Below, in pieces: positions 13,501 to 28,100 of a DNA stretch of 64,000 nucleotides. The stretch covers positions 1 to 64,000 of the forward strand of contig JAQGDQ010001057.1 in NCBI GenBank assembly GCA_030141605.1, written 5' to 3'. Each line of letters begins with the position of its first letter. The first letter of the stretch is position 1. The notes under the pieces were generated by a model. The model searched no databases, was not told where the DNA came from, and was given only the letters and a program-made list of their open reading frames with translations. Position numbers and translations under genes: made by a program. This stretch comes from Tubiluchus corallicola. Taxonomy: Eukaryota; Animalia; Priapulida.

Positions 13501-16500
13501 TCTTATTGCATACAGGACTTGTGTTAGCAATAACGCTGTTTAAATCTTGGAAACTTAAACTCTCGCAATGACCATTATGTGTGACCATTTTAACAATAAG
13601 ACATTCGAAATAAGTTTGGTAAGTTTAGATTTAGATTATTTTGCGTAAAGTTTGAAAAAATAATCAGGACATCGTAGCATGCTCTTTGCTAAATAAGGAA
13701 AGTATAAATTACTTTGTATGATCAATAAGATTAATAACGTGTTTATTGATGAATCAGCAGTGCACACTGGGATGGCAATGCAGTGCACGCTGGGATGGCA
13801 ATGTAGTGCACACTGGGATAGCAACGCAGAGCTGTTTTACCAGTTGACACGAATATTTTATTTTTTTAAATTTTGTTTTCTAATTACATACGCATTTCAA
13901 ACAGGTAAACGTAATACTAAAAATACAACTTTGTATTAAAAGCTTTTTGAGATATACAATGCTTTAAAATGCTCTTTTCTCAATTTCTTCTCCTTTTATA
14001 TCAGTTGTGAATGGCTTTGTTTGGCTCGCATGTTAGAGAGTGCTGTGGAAGTTGGAATTGTACATTTTTAATTAGGTGCTGCCATCTATTAACTAATCCT
14101 GTTACATTCTACCAGCTAACTTACCCCCAGTATAATTGTATGGTCCAGTGAATGCATATTCACTGGTTCTCTCCCTATTTTAAAGTAATGGTTGTTGTGA
14201 AGCCTTTGCAAGTCTGCATAGGTCACCTATACCTATATATACTGACTGGTTTTGCTTTCTAGTCACTCTCTAACTCTCAGTGTTCAGTGCAGGACTCTCT
14301 AACTCTCAGTGTTCAGTGCAGGACACTCTAACTCTCAGTGTTCAGTGCAGGACACTCTCATTATGAGTGTTCAGTGCAGGACTCTCTAACTCTCAGTGTT
14401 CAGTGCAGGACTCTCTAACTCTCAGTGTTCAGTGCAGGACACTCTAACTCTCAGTGTTCAGTGCAGGACTCTCTAACTCTCAGTGTTCAGTGCAGGACAC
14501 TCTAACTCTCAGTGTTCAGTGCAGGACACTAACTCTCAGTGTTCAGTGCAGGACACTAACTCTCAGTGTTCAGTGCAGGACACTCTCACTCTCAGTGTTC
14601 AGTGCAGGACACTCTCATTCTCAGTGTTCAGTGCAGGACTCTCTAACTCTCAGTGTTCAGTGCAGGACTCTCTAACTCTCAGTGTTCAGTGCAGGACACT
14701 CTAACTCTCAGTGTTCAGTGCAGGACTCTCTAACTCTCAGTGTTCAGTGCAGGACTCTAACTCTCAGTGTTCAGTGCAGGACTCTAACTCTCAGTGTTCA
14801 GTGCAGGACTCTCTCACTCTCAGTGTTCAGTGCAGGACTCTCTAACTCTCAGTGTTCAGTGCAGGACTCTCTAACTCTCAGTGTTCAGTGCAGGACACTC
14901 TCATTCTCAGTGTTCAGTGCAGGACACTCTCATTATGAGTGTTCAGTGCAGGACACTCTAACTCTCAGTGTTCAGTGCAGGACACTCTCATTCTCAGTGT
15001 TCAGTGCAGCAGTCATTCTACTCATGTGTCTGTAGTCTAATAAACACTTTTCTGTTTTGTGCAATGCAGATATGTATTATAGATTCTGTATTCTTCATAC
15101 TTCTGTGCCTAAACTCAATCAAACAAAGTGAGTGATCTATAACTTCAAACATGACTTTCACAAGACAAACATGACATTATAAACTGAATCGTCAGCAACA
15201 AGCACATAACTGCACCTAAATTATGCAAGATTCTTCAGCTTGTTTTAAAATACGAAAAGCAAACATAAGACAACTCTAAACTCAGTTTTTAATCTTCGAG
15301 TTTGCTATTTGCCAAACGTATTCCTGAACGGTCCGTAATGCAGTTTAAAGTGTTTCCAACTCGCCTTTCTGAACAGAGCTTTGCCGCAATACATGCCGGA
15401 ATTTCCACGACTCCCGACAGAAAGAAGTTCAAGTGGAGGTTGCCCGTCAACTCTCCAACTCCTAACGTCAGGCCGTAGTAGACCATTGCATCGGTCACCC
15501 TGTAAGCAAAGGTAATAGGGAAGAAATGATTGCAGCACCTCTTTTAGTTTTAAAAAAAAAATGAATTTTCTTTTTACAACCTTTGTAAGCAAAGGTAATA
15601 GGGAAGAAATGATTGCAGCACCTCTTTTAGTTTTAGAAAAATTGAATTTTCTTTGGACAACCTTTGTAAGCAAAGGTAATGGGGAAGAAATGACTACAGC
15701 ACCTCTTTTAGTTTTATAAAAATTGAATTTTGTTTGCACAACCTTTGTAAGCAAAGGTAATAGGGAAGAAATGATTGCAGCATCTCTTTTAGTTTTAGAA
15801 AAATTGAATTTTCTTTGCACAACCTTTGTAAGCAAAGGTAATAGGGAAGAAATGATTGCAGTACCTCTTTTAGTTTTAGAAAAATTGAATTTTCTTTGCA
15901 CAACCTTTGTAAGCAAAGGTAATAGGGAAGAAATGATTGCAGCACCTCTTTTAGTTTTATAAAAATTGAATTTTCTTTGGACAACCTTTGTAAGCAAAGG
16001 TAATGGGGAAGAAATGACTGCAGCACCTCTTTTAGTTTTATAAAAATTGAATTTTGTTTGCACAACCTTTGTAAGCAAAGGTAATAGGGAAGAAATGATT
16101 GCAGCATCTCTTTTAGTTTTAGAAAAATTGAATTTTCTTTGCACAACCTTTGTAAGCAAAGGTAATAGGGAAGAAATGATTGCAGCACCTCTTTTAGTTT
16201 TAGAAAAATTGAATTTTCTTTGCACAACCTTTGTAAGCAAAGGTAATAGGGAAGAAATGATTGCAGCACCTCTTTTAGCTTTATAAAAATTGAATTTTGC
16301 TTGCACAACCTTTCCTAATGTGAAAAGTGATGAAAAACTTAAACCACACTCAATTTTAATGTAAAGTAAATTGCCAGGGAAGTTAGGCTTATTTCAATGT
16401 TGGCCAAAATGTTGGAAGGATCTAACAATAAGAGTGTGAGAAGCGACTCGTGTAATTAGTAAAACCGTTTTACTAATTACCGTAAAAGTTTCAATCATTT

Positions 16501-19500
16501 AATTCTTGGGAGCGCTCATTTTGAACGCCCATTCATCCACCAATGACATCATCCATCGAATGACAAACGAACAGCGTGCTATCAATTTCGATAAGAAGCG
16601 TACGCTTTTGCAAAAAATTAGATAGCTAATTTTGTAATATTTTTGCATGAGCATTAAGTAAGCTGCAGAAGTTGAATTAGTTTAAGCAGCACCTGCTAAC
16701 AGAAAGTCACGAAGTGCTTGTGAAAAGTCAAGAAGTCTCCCAGTTAGGTTATGATTTTCAAGTAGACGACAACTACTACCACGCCCGTACATTTCTGTAC
16801 AGAGGTAGTAAAATTTAACCTTATACTTTATAGACAGCTTGTTTGCAAATTTCTTTGTTATATTCGTCCAAGTTTAAGTGATAAGAGTAAAATGAACCCA
16901 ACATGCTTACTGACTTGTCCTTTCCTTTAAGCTCAGACTTTGAGCTGGACACACAATAGCGTTAGGAAATGTTACTGTGTGCATATATATATATATATAT
17001 ATAGACTTTATAGACTTTCTATCAAATTAGCAGAGCTGTTGTCATCATGTACTGTCATACTTCTGTTATCTTAACCATAGGTAGCAGTTTTCCACACTAG
17101 GGTGTCTTTATCTTGGGTAAAGCCTTCATTATGTTTATCCCACTGTCTTCACCTAGACTAATCATGTCAATTTATTTATATTTACTACAAAATTTCACAG
17201 TAACAATTTCGACAGGGGCGGAATAAGCTTATCGTTAAGAGTAATGGAGTTTTTTACCACACCAAGAATAGCAGTGTTGCAAAAATCCTTAGTGATGGTG
17301 TCCTGTAGATGTCGATCAGCGTTTTCTGTCTTGGAGCTTGCGGTTTCATTTTTCCATTGCTGGATGATGAGTAGTTAGAGAAACATTTTTCAGGGATACT
17401 TGTCCCGTTGATCCTGCCTGCTTTATGAAGTACTTTTTCGGCCTCTGCCAGCCTGTTCTTGGTTACTAGCCAGTGAGGAGACTCGGGAATAATCCTGTAA
17501 ATTTCAGAGTATTTAAAATTTGACATCTGTGCCAAATTTCTATCATAAGTATTGCCTTTTTGCTGACTTCGTGATAATCCCTATAGGGAATACTTTTCTT
17601 ACCAATAATATGCCAGTGTGACAAGCAATGGTAATGTCACTTCAACTTTTCTTACCAATAATATGCCAGTGTGGCAAACAATGGTAATGTCGCATCAACT
17701 TTTCTTACCAATAATATGCCAGTGTGGCAAACAATGGTAATGTCGCATCAACTTTTCTTACCAATAATATGCCAGTATGGTAATGTCGCATCAACTTTTC
17801 TTACCAATAATATGCCAGTGTGACAAGCAATGGTAATGTCACTTCAACTTTTCTTACCAATAATATGCCAGTATGGTAATGTCGCATCAACTTTTCTTAC
17901 CAATAATATGCCAGTATGGCAAGCAATGGTAATGTCGCATCAACTTTTCTTACTAATAATATGCCAGTGTGGGAAGCAATGGTAATGTCGCATCAACTGT
18001 TCTTACCAATAATATGCCAGTGTGGCAAGCAATGGTAATGTCACATCAACTTTTCTTACCAATAATATGCCAGTATGGCAAGCAATGGTAATGTCACATC
18101 AACTTTTCTTACCAATAATATGCCAGTGTGGCAAGCAATGGTAATGTCACATCAACTTTTCTTACCAATAATATGCCAGTATGGCAAGCAATGGTAATGT
18201 CGCATCAACTTTTCTTACCAATAATATGCCAGTGTGGCAAGCAATGGTAATGTCACATCAACTTTTCTTACCAATAATATGCCAGTATGGCAAGCAATGG
18301 TAATGTCGCATCAACTTTTCTTACCAATAATATGCCAGTGTGGCAAGCAATGGTAATGTCACATCAACTTTTCTTACCAATAATATGCCAGTATGGCAAG
18401 CAATGGTAATGTCACATCAACTTTTCTTACCAATAATATGCCAGTGTGACAAGCAATGGCAATGTCACATCAACTTTTCTTACCAATAATATGCCAGTGT
18501 GACAAGCAATGGCAATGTCACATCAACTTTTCTTACCAATAATATGCCAGTGTGACAAGCAATGGTATCGTCATTGCAGCTTGCAGCATCCTCCAATCTT
18601 TGAATATTAATGCTAGCGGTGGAAGCAGCATGACGCCCAGAGACCAGAAAACTTCATCAATTGTCAATGCCCACGCACGAGATTGCATCGGAACGAACTC
18701 GCACAACAAGCAGTAACCAGCCAGCGGTGCACTCTACAAACATTTTACTAAAGTTAGAAAAACTCACAAACACTGCCTCTACAAATGAAAATATTCACAT
18801 ATACGGAGTCGCATGTTCGTCTATAGCAAAAGAAGAAAACTGGTAAAAATACAGGACAGACGTCGTACAATGAAAAGCATAAATATGTCGCTGTTACTTT
18901 ACATTCATTCATGCATAGGATTGCCGTAGTAATTTGTAACTATAGAACTTACCGTTTCAAATACTGCAATGAAGAAACGCATGCACGCGTACATGATATA
19001 TCCTTGCGAAAATATCTGTACGAAAGAGACAAGAATGAAAAGAACATATCCCGCTATCATCATCGTCTTTCTTCCAAACATGTCCGCCAGTGTTGTTATT
19101 GATATAGCACCAACCAACTTGCCAGCAAAGAACATGGTGGATGACAATTCGACATAGATGCTTCTGTCGCACACGAGGTCCCACTGTGAGAATGAAAACA
19201 AAAAAGAGATGCATGGAACATATACCGTGATAGAATTGTAATCTGGCTATTCCAGTGTAACATACGTCACTTTTTTGGTTGGTGCGTTCAGATTGGCAAC
19301 TAGTAGTGATGATAGAATGTGATGAATACGTTATGCATATCAGTTATGCTATAAAAGTATGGTTCTTGTGCAAAAATATACTTTGCTTTCAGACTTCTAT
19401 AACTGTTTTTTCTTGGACAAGTCGTATGATGTGTATCTCAGACCCAGGCGGTGGGCATTGTGGTAGGACATTGTGTGTCGAAAAGGATGTAGCTGAAGTA

Positions 19501-22045
19501 ATCAATATTAGAAACAGAATCGACACAATTAATTACCTCGGATGTGACTTTTTGTAAATAGATGTAAATGTTCTTAGAGCACTAGTTACGTTACTCGAAT
19601 ATGCAAGAAAAGCTGACTAGCTACTACTTAACATACCTCTGCGACTATTGTCTTTCCATTGCTTTCATTATACCAGTATCCATGAGTACATGTTGTCGTG
19701 TTCCCGGTGAGACTGCTGAAGTTCACGTATTGTTCACATCTGTCATCGCTATCCGGTATTGCACTTGTTAGATTTACCTCTTCGGGTACGGCGCAATGAA
19801 AGTCGACAGGTGGCGCGCCCTGGAAGGTGATGGCAAAGACGTGCCATGCCAGGATGATGTACAACCACGCAGTGCTGCAGAAGATGAAAAATTGCCATCT
19901 TCCGTATTTCCCGAATCCTGCCAATATGGCATCGACTTCGTTTTTCATTTCCACTTAGTGCTAAAGGTCGCTATGCTTTGCAAAGTGGACAAGCGTTGCT
20001 GGTGACCAACGACCACTCTTCTATATTTACATTGTACATTTGCTGACAAGCGCACATGTGAGTTGCACAAATAATACATAGATAGGATAAAGAGTACTTG
20101 GTATTTACAAAGCATAATTATTCACTACTGTAATAGACAAATAGAGAATGATATACCTTTATTTAGTACATATTTACATGTCGTGCATGATACAAAGATC
20201 ACAGATGGCACAGCAGTTATTTGCATTTGAAAAATACTAATTATCGGTATCTATAAATTAAAGCATATCACAGATGGCACAGCAGTTATTTGCATTTGAA
20301 AAATACTAATTATCGGTATCTATAAATTAAAGCACTACATGTGACAAAAAACTTTGTATAACATAACCAAAAGATCACACGACAACTTTTTTCATATTAG
20401 CAATGCATAGTACCAAAGTTGCGCGAACAACTATAACACACAGGTAATTTATCATATTGCATTGTCTCGGTTTTGCATTGTTTATATGTTTCTTTCTAAT
20501 GTATTAAGTTATGACCCTAGCTTCGATCATTAATTTTATTAGTTAATTTGATTTAACTTAATTTAATTTGAACTAGCCAAACTGCTCAAGCAATCACAAC
20601 CAATTTCATACCAACCACAGCAGCAGCAGCAACAACAACAACAACAATAACAGCAACATAAACAACAACAACATGAACAACAACTATGCAATATTGTTAA
20701 AAATTAATCTCACACTTGTTTTCAATTTGAAATATTATAGCTCAAGTTAGAACAGTGGGTGAAGACAGTACGTGGAACAGCCACACATTCCTAAAAGACA
20801 AAGACGTAGCTGTTCCAATAGCGTGCTCTTATAACTTAAAGATTAAGATATAGATTATTTATCTCCTTTAAGTTTTACAATACATGATAGGCGTAGTCAT
20901 AATTTTGAAAATTTACAAACTAATAGATATTTGTTAGTGATGGTATTGGAGAACCTTCTAGCTAAATTCCAGACAGATTCCAGATAATCACCACATCCAT
21001 CATCAAAGCATGTGGTGCAAAATGAAGTATCTTTCTTTAAATTTCTTTGTTTCAATTGAGTCTTTTGTGTCATCATTTGTTTTAATAGACTCTTGAGTTA
21101 AGTTGAAGACATATATAGTTTTCTTTTGTATTTCTTCCATTCTGAAATGTATTGACATCAGTAACAAATACAACTGTGATCTCAAATACTGTAAAAATCT
21201 ATTAGTTAGGATATATATTTTCTTTTTTTATTTACAAAATTTACTAAAAATATTCCAAAAAATGTAGCTGTAAATCCATCTGAACCTGTTGTTTTGTTCC
21301 CATCCGGACTGCCGTACTTTATACACCGTTCACAATAAGAAAAAACATGGCTGCCATGGCCATCTGTTGTGCTCATTAGATGAATTCTTGAGGGCACACG
21401 CGGAAGTCGTGAAATCCAACAGGTGGCGTTTCACTGAAATGCTACCACAAAAACACGCCACCTTCGGGTAATGTAAGGCACTAAGATGTTCATGTGCTAT
21501 AACCAGACTTCTGCTGTTGCCGACGACGTAGGCTTTGCACTGCTAACAACAATTTGTCCATTCCTGCTTGTCTCCGTCTGTCCATCTCTTATATCCAGCT
21601 GCCCGTGCTCCTTCCAGTACAACCAATCTTCAAGACTCTCTGGCAACACCTTACCTTTTGTCTCCGGAAAGAAGATGATGACAAATCCGGCAAAGAATGC
21701 CAGAGATCCAAACAGAACTGGTTGTAGCCACTTGAATTTTCTCTGCTGCAAAATAGAAAATGGCAGACTTATGAGTGCTGCTTAACCCTTTCACTACATT
21801 GTTGCAATTTAGCTCGGTCGCATTGACTTTTGAGCTTTTGATGATAACTTCTTGTGGTGTGTTACTAGAATCTTGTGAGCAAACAAATGTCAATTGTTAT
21901 TAAATATTAATATCGAACATGAATTTTATTTGTATGCTTGCTTATACACACATGTGAATGCGCACGCACACACGCACACACACACATACACACATGCACA
22001 CACACACACGCGTGCACACACACACTCGCACACACACACACGCAT

Positions 22046-22101
<56 letters not shown>

Positions 22102-25100
22102 GCTGTAGGTCAAAGGCTAAGTGTATCACAGCAACATGTCTCAACTATAACCGTCGTGTGACATGTGGGTAAACAAAAGCCGTCTGCCACATCAGTTTAG
22201 TTGTTTTACGTGGATTTTTGTTGCATTGATTTTAGGGTCACATTCTTTTGCCCATCTTTGTCTTAGTGAGAATTACCTTGAAATTTTAATGACATTAAAA
22301 TCTGGTTTTAAGACTCCATTTCACGCTTACCAACTGTTCATCTCAAGCTGCAAAAATTTTGCTGAGGATGATTACTTATCTGTCTTAAATTAGAGTAGCT
22401 AAGACGTACCAGTGTTATGGTTAACGGTGCAATCATGGAGCCAACTCTTGCTACACTCGACGACATGCCTATTCCAGAATTTCTGAAAATAATCATCCAG
22501 CTTTAGCGTGACAGCAAGGACTTGGTTTTTGGCTTTCCAACGTCAAGATGTTACATCATTAAGATTTCCGTACTAAGACTAGATGCAGTGATCATTTTTC
22601 GACAAATTTCTCAAATTAGGTAGCAACTAACGATGACGTTTATTATTTATGACTGTGATTGCCAGAATATCTTATAAACCACTGCGGTTTATTTTAACAA
22701 TTTTTACGGGTAATGAATTGGAGAAAGAAAGGAATCGCTGAAACATGACTAGAAGTTCAGCTGGCATAGCATGGAGAACTATGAACTATGAATTTATTTC
22801 TCACACATCAAAATACAATATCGTACACATTAATAAACAATAAATAAAATGATTTGAGTAGTGCGAGGTGAGTGTACGACCATACGGTCATTAACACACT
22901 CACCTTACTTAAATGAAAAAATGATTATAGTTATGCATGCTTCTGTAGATAACTTAATGTAAATAAGGATGAAGTAAATGATGTAATAATTTGAGTAGTG
23001 CGAGGTGAGTGTACGACCATACGGTCATTAACACACTCACCTTACTTAAATGAAAAAATGATTATAGTTATGCATGCTTCTGTAGATAACTTAATGTAAA
23101 TAAGGATGAAGTAAATGATGTAATAATTTGAGTAGTGCGAGGTGAGTGTACGACCATACGGTCATTAACACACTCACCTTACTTAAATGAAAAAATGATT
23201 ATAGTTATGCATGCTTCTGTAGATAACTTAATGTAAATAAGGATGAAGTAAATGATGTAATAATTTGAGTAGTGCGAGGTGAGTGTACGACCATACAGTC
23301 ATTAACACACTCACCTTACTTTAATGAAAAAATGATTATAGTTATGCATGCTTCTGTAGATAACTCAATGTAAATAAGGATGAAGTAAATGATGTAATAA
23401 TTTGAGTAAGACGAGGTGAGTGTACGACCATATGGTCATTAACACACTCACCTTACTTAGATGAAAAAATGATTACAGTTATGCATGCTTCTGTAGATAA
23501 CTTAATGTAAATAAGGATGAAGTAAATGATGTAATAATAGCAAGGAAACATAAGGAAAACATTAAGAAAGGAAAACATAATATGTAATTACGATTTTGAT
23601 ATAGGCTGCGATGAATGAATAATTTCATTTAAATTGATTTATACCTTTTACTAATAAAGTAACAAAGGTCATAAAGACACCTATTAGTATTAGTATGGAT
23701 AACTAATTCCAGGTCTCGAGTTCAAATCCCGACAAGTCCACAATTTTTCAGCGTTTTTCTATCTCATTACCCGTATCACAGTTACCGGATTTTTGATTTT
23801 TAATATTAATGATTTTTTAACAAATTTGGAATTTTTTTGCAAAATAATCTCTAACAAACACACTGGCATAGTAATTTCTATTGGCGTTTCATACAATTCA
23901 TCTTGTAAAGGTTTGTTTTAAGTGCAGATATGAAATGTTAGACTCACCTGACCACTGTAGGGTATATTTCAGCAGTGTACAAATACAGACCCATAAAGGA
24001 AGCCGAGTTTGCTGCCTTGCCAAGTGTTACTACCGTTGTGGTAAGCCAGGATAACCTTTCTGCAAATATAAAGTATTTGTAGGCCTTGTTGTTTAACCCT
24101 TTCAGTCCCAAATTATTTTTTTAATAAGAAATTCTTTTTGGCTCGGTACTTTTGTTCAGTATGTCCATCTTGTTTACACATAATAATTATTTTTTCTACC
24201 TGTGCCCGCGTGCTAAATATAGCCTGTATCCCACGGGATACATTGGGATTCAATGGAAGCATAAAATGTGCTTCATTTTGCAACTGCTGATAATTTTTAA
24301 AGTATTTAAGACATTTAGTATGCATGCTATGCTGATCTGTACAAAGTCGTCTCTAAAGTACTGTACCTTGCGCAGTTTTTTATGCTATGTAGATTTTCTA
24401 GTTTGCTATTTTATCACGATTTTTAGTCTATTGTTATTGGCTTAAATCAAAATAACTATTAACAGATCAAATAACTGTCAGTTTTAAAATTTTATTAATT
24501 TTAAAGGCAGAAAATATTTTCGTATCCCACGAGATACAGCGGGTGTGAAAGGGTTAAACATCAAAGTCAAACTGTGTCAATTAAAATGTGCTGAGAAATG
24601 GGTTATTAGAGAACCAACTACAAAATCCTTCTGCTTTAAAGGAAAAGCATTATTTTTCGTATGCTGCTGTATTATGAAATACAGTAAAAAAAGTACATTT
24701 TAACACTTGTAATAATGCCAAAGTGTTTCTGATAATTAAATAATAGATTAAAAACTTAATTAACAGCGGGCGAGCCCAACTATTGATGACATCACAACTG
24801 AACATAATTTCCAACAGCACAAACATTCCACGAGCGTGTTGCACGTGTTTGCTAAAAGGAAAATTGAAGTTCAGTCGTACGGTACAATTCGACTGAGATA
24901 CACAAAAACTGGCCAAATCTATGTTTAAAATTTAAATTTTAAATCCACCACTGTCTCATCATAAGATTTCGCCAAAAACGTGTGCTACATGAGAAACGAA
25001 CTCAGAGGTGCAGCACCTGTTTTTTGCAGCTCGGCGCAGGTGGTGTATCCATCTAACTAACGAATGGCGAAATGCATATAACAGGACGCGAACGCGAACT

Positions 25101-28100
25101 TAAACCTCTGTTGTAATAATTCCCGGAAGTCATTCTTAAAAAAACAATTATTCTCTTTCAATATTTTATACTTTAGATTATCTTGCGCAATAGCTTAAAA
25201 TAGAGTTCTATTCTCCTTTAAATGACAAAATCTATCTTTGGGGAGGTTTGCAAACGTTTGCTTACCTGTTTCTCTTGGAATGAAGAGAAGGCAAGCCAGC
25301 GCTGCACCACAAAAGAGGTGAAATCCTGACAGCGATTTTACTCTTCCAAACCTGAAATGTTCATTGAGCTTGTTGGTTACAATGTAAGATGCTGTTCAAG
25401 TCTGAAAATAGGCTGACAGATTTTTTTTAGCTATTATTAACATCATTGATTTTTAAACGTACATGTACACTACAGTTTGATAAGTCGTTTAGCTACATAG
25501 CTGCTTTACGTTCGGTTTAAGTTTTTGCTGCTAAATATTTCGGTTTGGATAATAAATCTACACCGTAGTTACGCGGCTTACCGTTCTGCACAAATTTGGG
25601 CCAAAAAGTAGGCCGGAAGTTCTACGGCTCCCGACAAGAATAAGTTCAGATGAAGACTGCCTGTCAGTTCTCCTACACCCAAGGTTAGGCCGTAATATAC
25701 GAGTGCATTCACTATCCTGCAAATGAATTAATTAGAGACAGTATTAGGTAATTACATGAGTTGTAATCGTGCATGCTAAGCAACTAATATATTCTTTGCC
25801 CTTGTCACCATGTTATAGGCTTATTAATTTTTCTGGACGGTCTTGTATGTTTCAATTTTCTACTACTTTGTTTGGGTAAACTTTGTTAGCAATTTGAAAA
25901 TTTAAACTTTCTCTCTGTGAAGATATGTTCCTAAGTTTCTTCTGGAAACTTGTAGTTAGTACCAGGTGAAGATATGTTCCTAAGTTACTTCTGGAAACTT
26001 GTAGTTAGTAGCAGGTGAAGATATGTTCCTAAGTTACTTCTGGAAACTTGTAGTTAGTACCAGGTGAAGATATGTTCCTAAGTTACTTCTGGAAACTTGT
26101 AGTTAGTACCACGTGAAGATATGTTCCTAAGTTACTTCTGGAAACTTGTAGTTAGTAGCAGGTGAAGATATGTTCCTAAGTTACTTCTGGAAACTTGTAG
26201 TTAGTACCAGGTGAAGATATGTTCCTAAGTTACTTCTGGAAACTTGTAGTTAGTAGCAGGTGAAGATATGTTCCTAAGTTACTTCTGGAAACTTGTAGTT
26301 AGTACCAGGTGAAGATATGTTCCTAAGTTACTTCTGGAAACTTGTAGATAGTACAGGTGAAGATATGTTCCTAAGTTACTTCTGGAAACTTGTAGTTAGT
26401 ACCAGGTGAAGATATGTTCCTAAGTTACTTCTGGAAACTTGTAGTTAGTAGCAGGTGAAGATATGTTTCTAAGTTACTTCTGGAAACTTGTAGTTAGTAG
26501 CAGGTGAAGATATGTTCCTAAGTTACTTCTGGAAACTTGTAGTTAGTACCAGGTGAAGATATGTTCCTAAGTTACTTCTGGAAACTTGTAGTTAGTAGCA
26601 GGTGAAGATATGTTCCTAAGTTACTTCTGGAAACTTGTAGTTAGTACCAGGTGAAGATATGTTCCTAAGTTACTTCTGGAAACTTGTAGTTAGTACCAGG
26701 GTGAAGATATGTTCCTAAGTTACTTGTTGGAAACTTGTAGTTAGTACCAGGTGAAGATATGTTCCTAAGTTACTTCTGGAAACTTGTAGTTAGTACCAGG
26801 TGAAGATATGTTCCTAAGTTACTTCTGGAAACTTGTAGTTAGTACCAGGTGAAGATATGTTCCTAAGTTACTTCTGGAAACTTGTAGTTAGTACCAGGTG
26901 AAGATATGTTCCTAAGTTACTTCTGGAAACTTGTAGTTAGTACCAGGTGAAGATATGTTCCTAAGTTACTTCTGGAAACTTGTAGTTAGTACAGGTGAAG
27001 ATATGTTCCTAAGTTACTTCTGGAAACTTGTAGTTAGTACCAGGTGAAGATATGTTCCTAAGTTACTTCTGGAAACTTGTAGTTAGTACCAGGTGAAGAT
27101 ATGTTCCTAAGTTACTTCTGGAAACTTGTAGTTAGTACCAGGTGAAGATATGTTCCTAAGTTACTTCTGGAAACTTGTAGTTAGTACCAGGTGAAGATAT
27201 GTTCCTAAGTTACTTCTGGAAACTTGTACTTAGTACCAGGCTGATACTGTTGTGAAACGTTACGACTCAGAGTGCATTTACCTAGTTTTTGGTAATCGTT
27301 TCCTAGGTCTGTTCATGCCTATAGCTGGTATAAAATAGTAAGGGAAGATAGAGAAGAGAGAAATGAGGCAGTGTGGAGCGATACGCGCTGCCTCTAGAAT
27401 AAGTGTAAAGTTAAATATAACGTTATATAACGCAAACAATGTTTTGGAGTAGTGAACGAATTAATCTTTCTTCTGAAGTGTTTGACAAAGTAAAAAAAAA
27501 CGTTATTTCTCAAGCTTGATAGTTTCTGTTAGTTTATGACTCTATACCAGGGGTGTGCAAATTATCTGACTAGCCGGGCCACATTAAACTTTCCCGCAGT
27601 TCCTGCGAGCCACAGGCAGTTTGATCAAGGAGCCAAGTACAGAAAGGCCTAATAACGATTTTTTGCATCCGACCTGTGTACATCATTACTACTACACTCA
27701 AGAAACTATTTTAGAAGTTATTAAAATTTATATTACAAACCATATATTTCTACTTTCAGGACAGATTGTGGTAATTTCATTACAATGCATATTAGTAATG
27801 TGTATCACACAGTCTGTGTAGTACAGTGACATTAAGCTACAACCGTCTTGTAAGGGTTAATGGCATCCGATCTAGTAGAAAAAACTACCCGCACTATCTT
27901 TGGGATCGTGGCAGGGACTTCAGCTGGATACACTCAATTAATCGCCCGGGCCGCACTTTCATTAGGTTGACAAATCTCTTCGCGGGCCGGTATTTGCACT
28001 CCCCTGCTCTAGATTTTGCATTCCGACCATTACTGGAGCGATGAAAGTGTTAATTTCGTAAGTCATAAGTCATTTATTTCACCTCACGCATTTACAATAG

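Noticed and set aside
15305-16306. 333-aa ORF with 27-aa repeats
   Set aside because: Translation of the 81-bp intronic minisatellite; non-ATG start and out of frame with the real exon 5.
19949-19954. ORF-track start 'ME' for paralog A
   Set aside because: That start is GTG; the ATG at 19948 aligns with the paralog B start (MKN).
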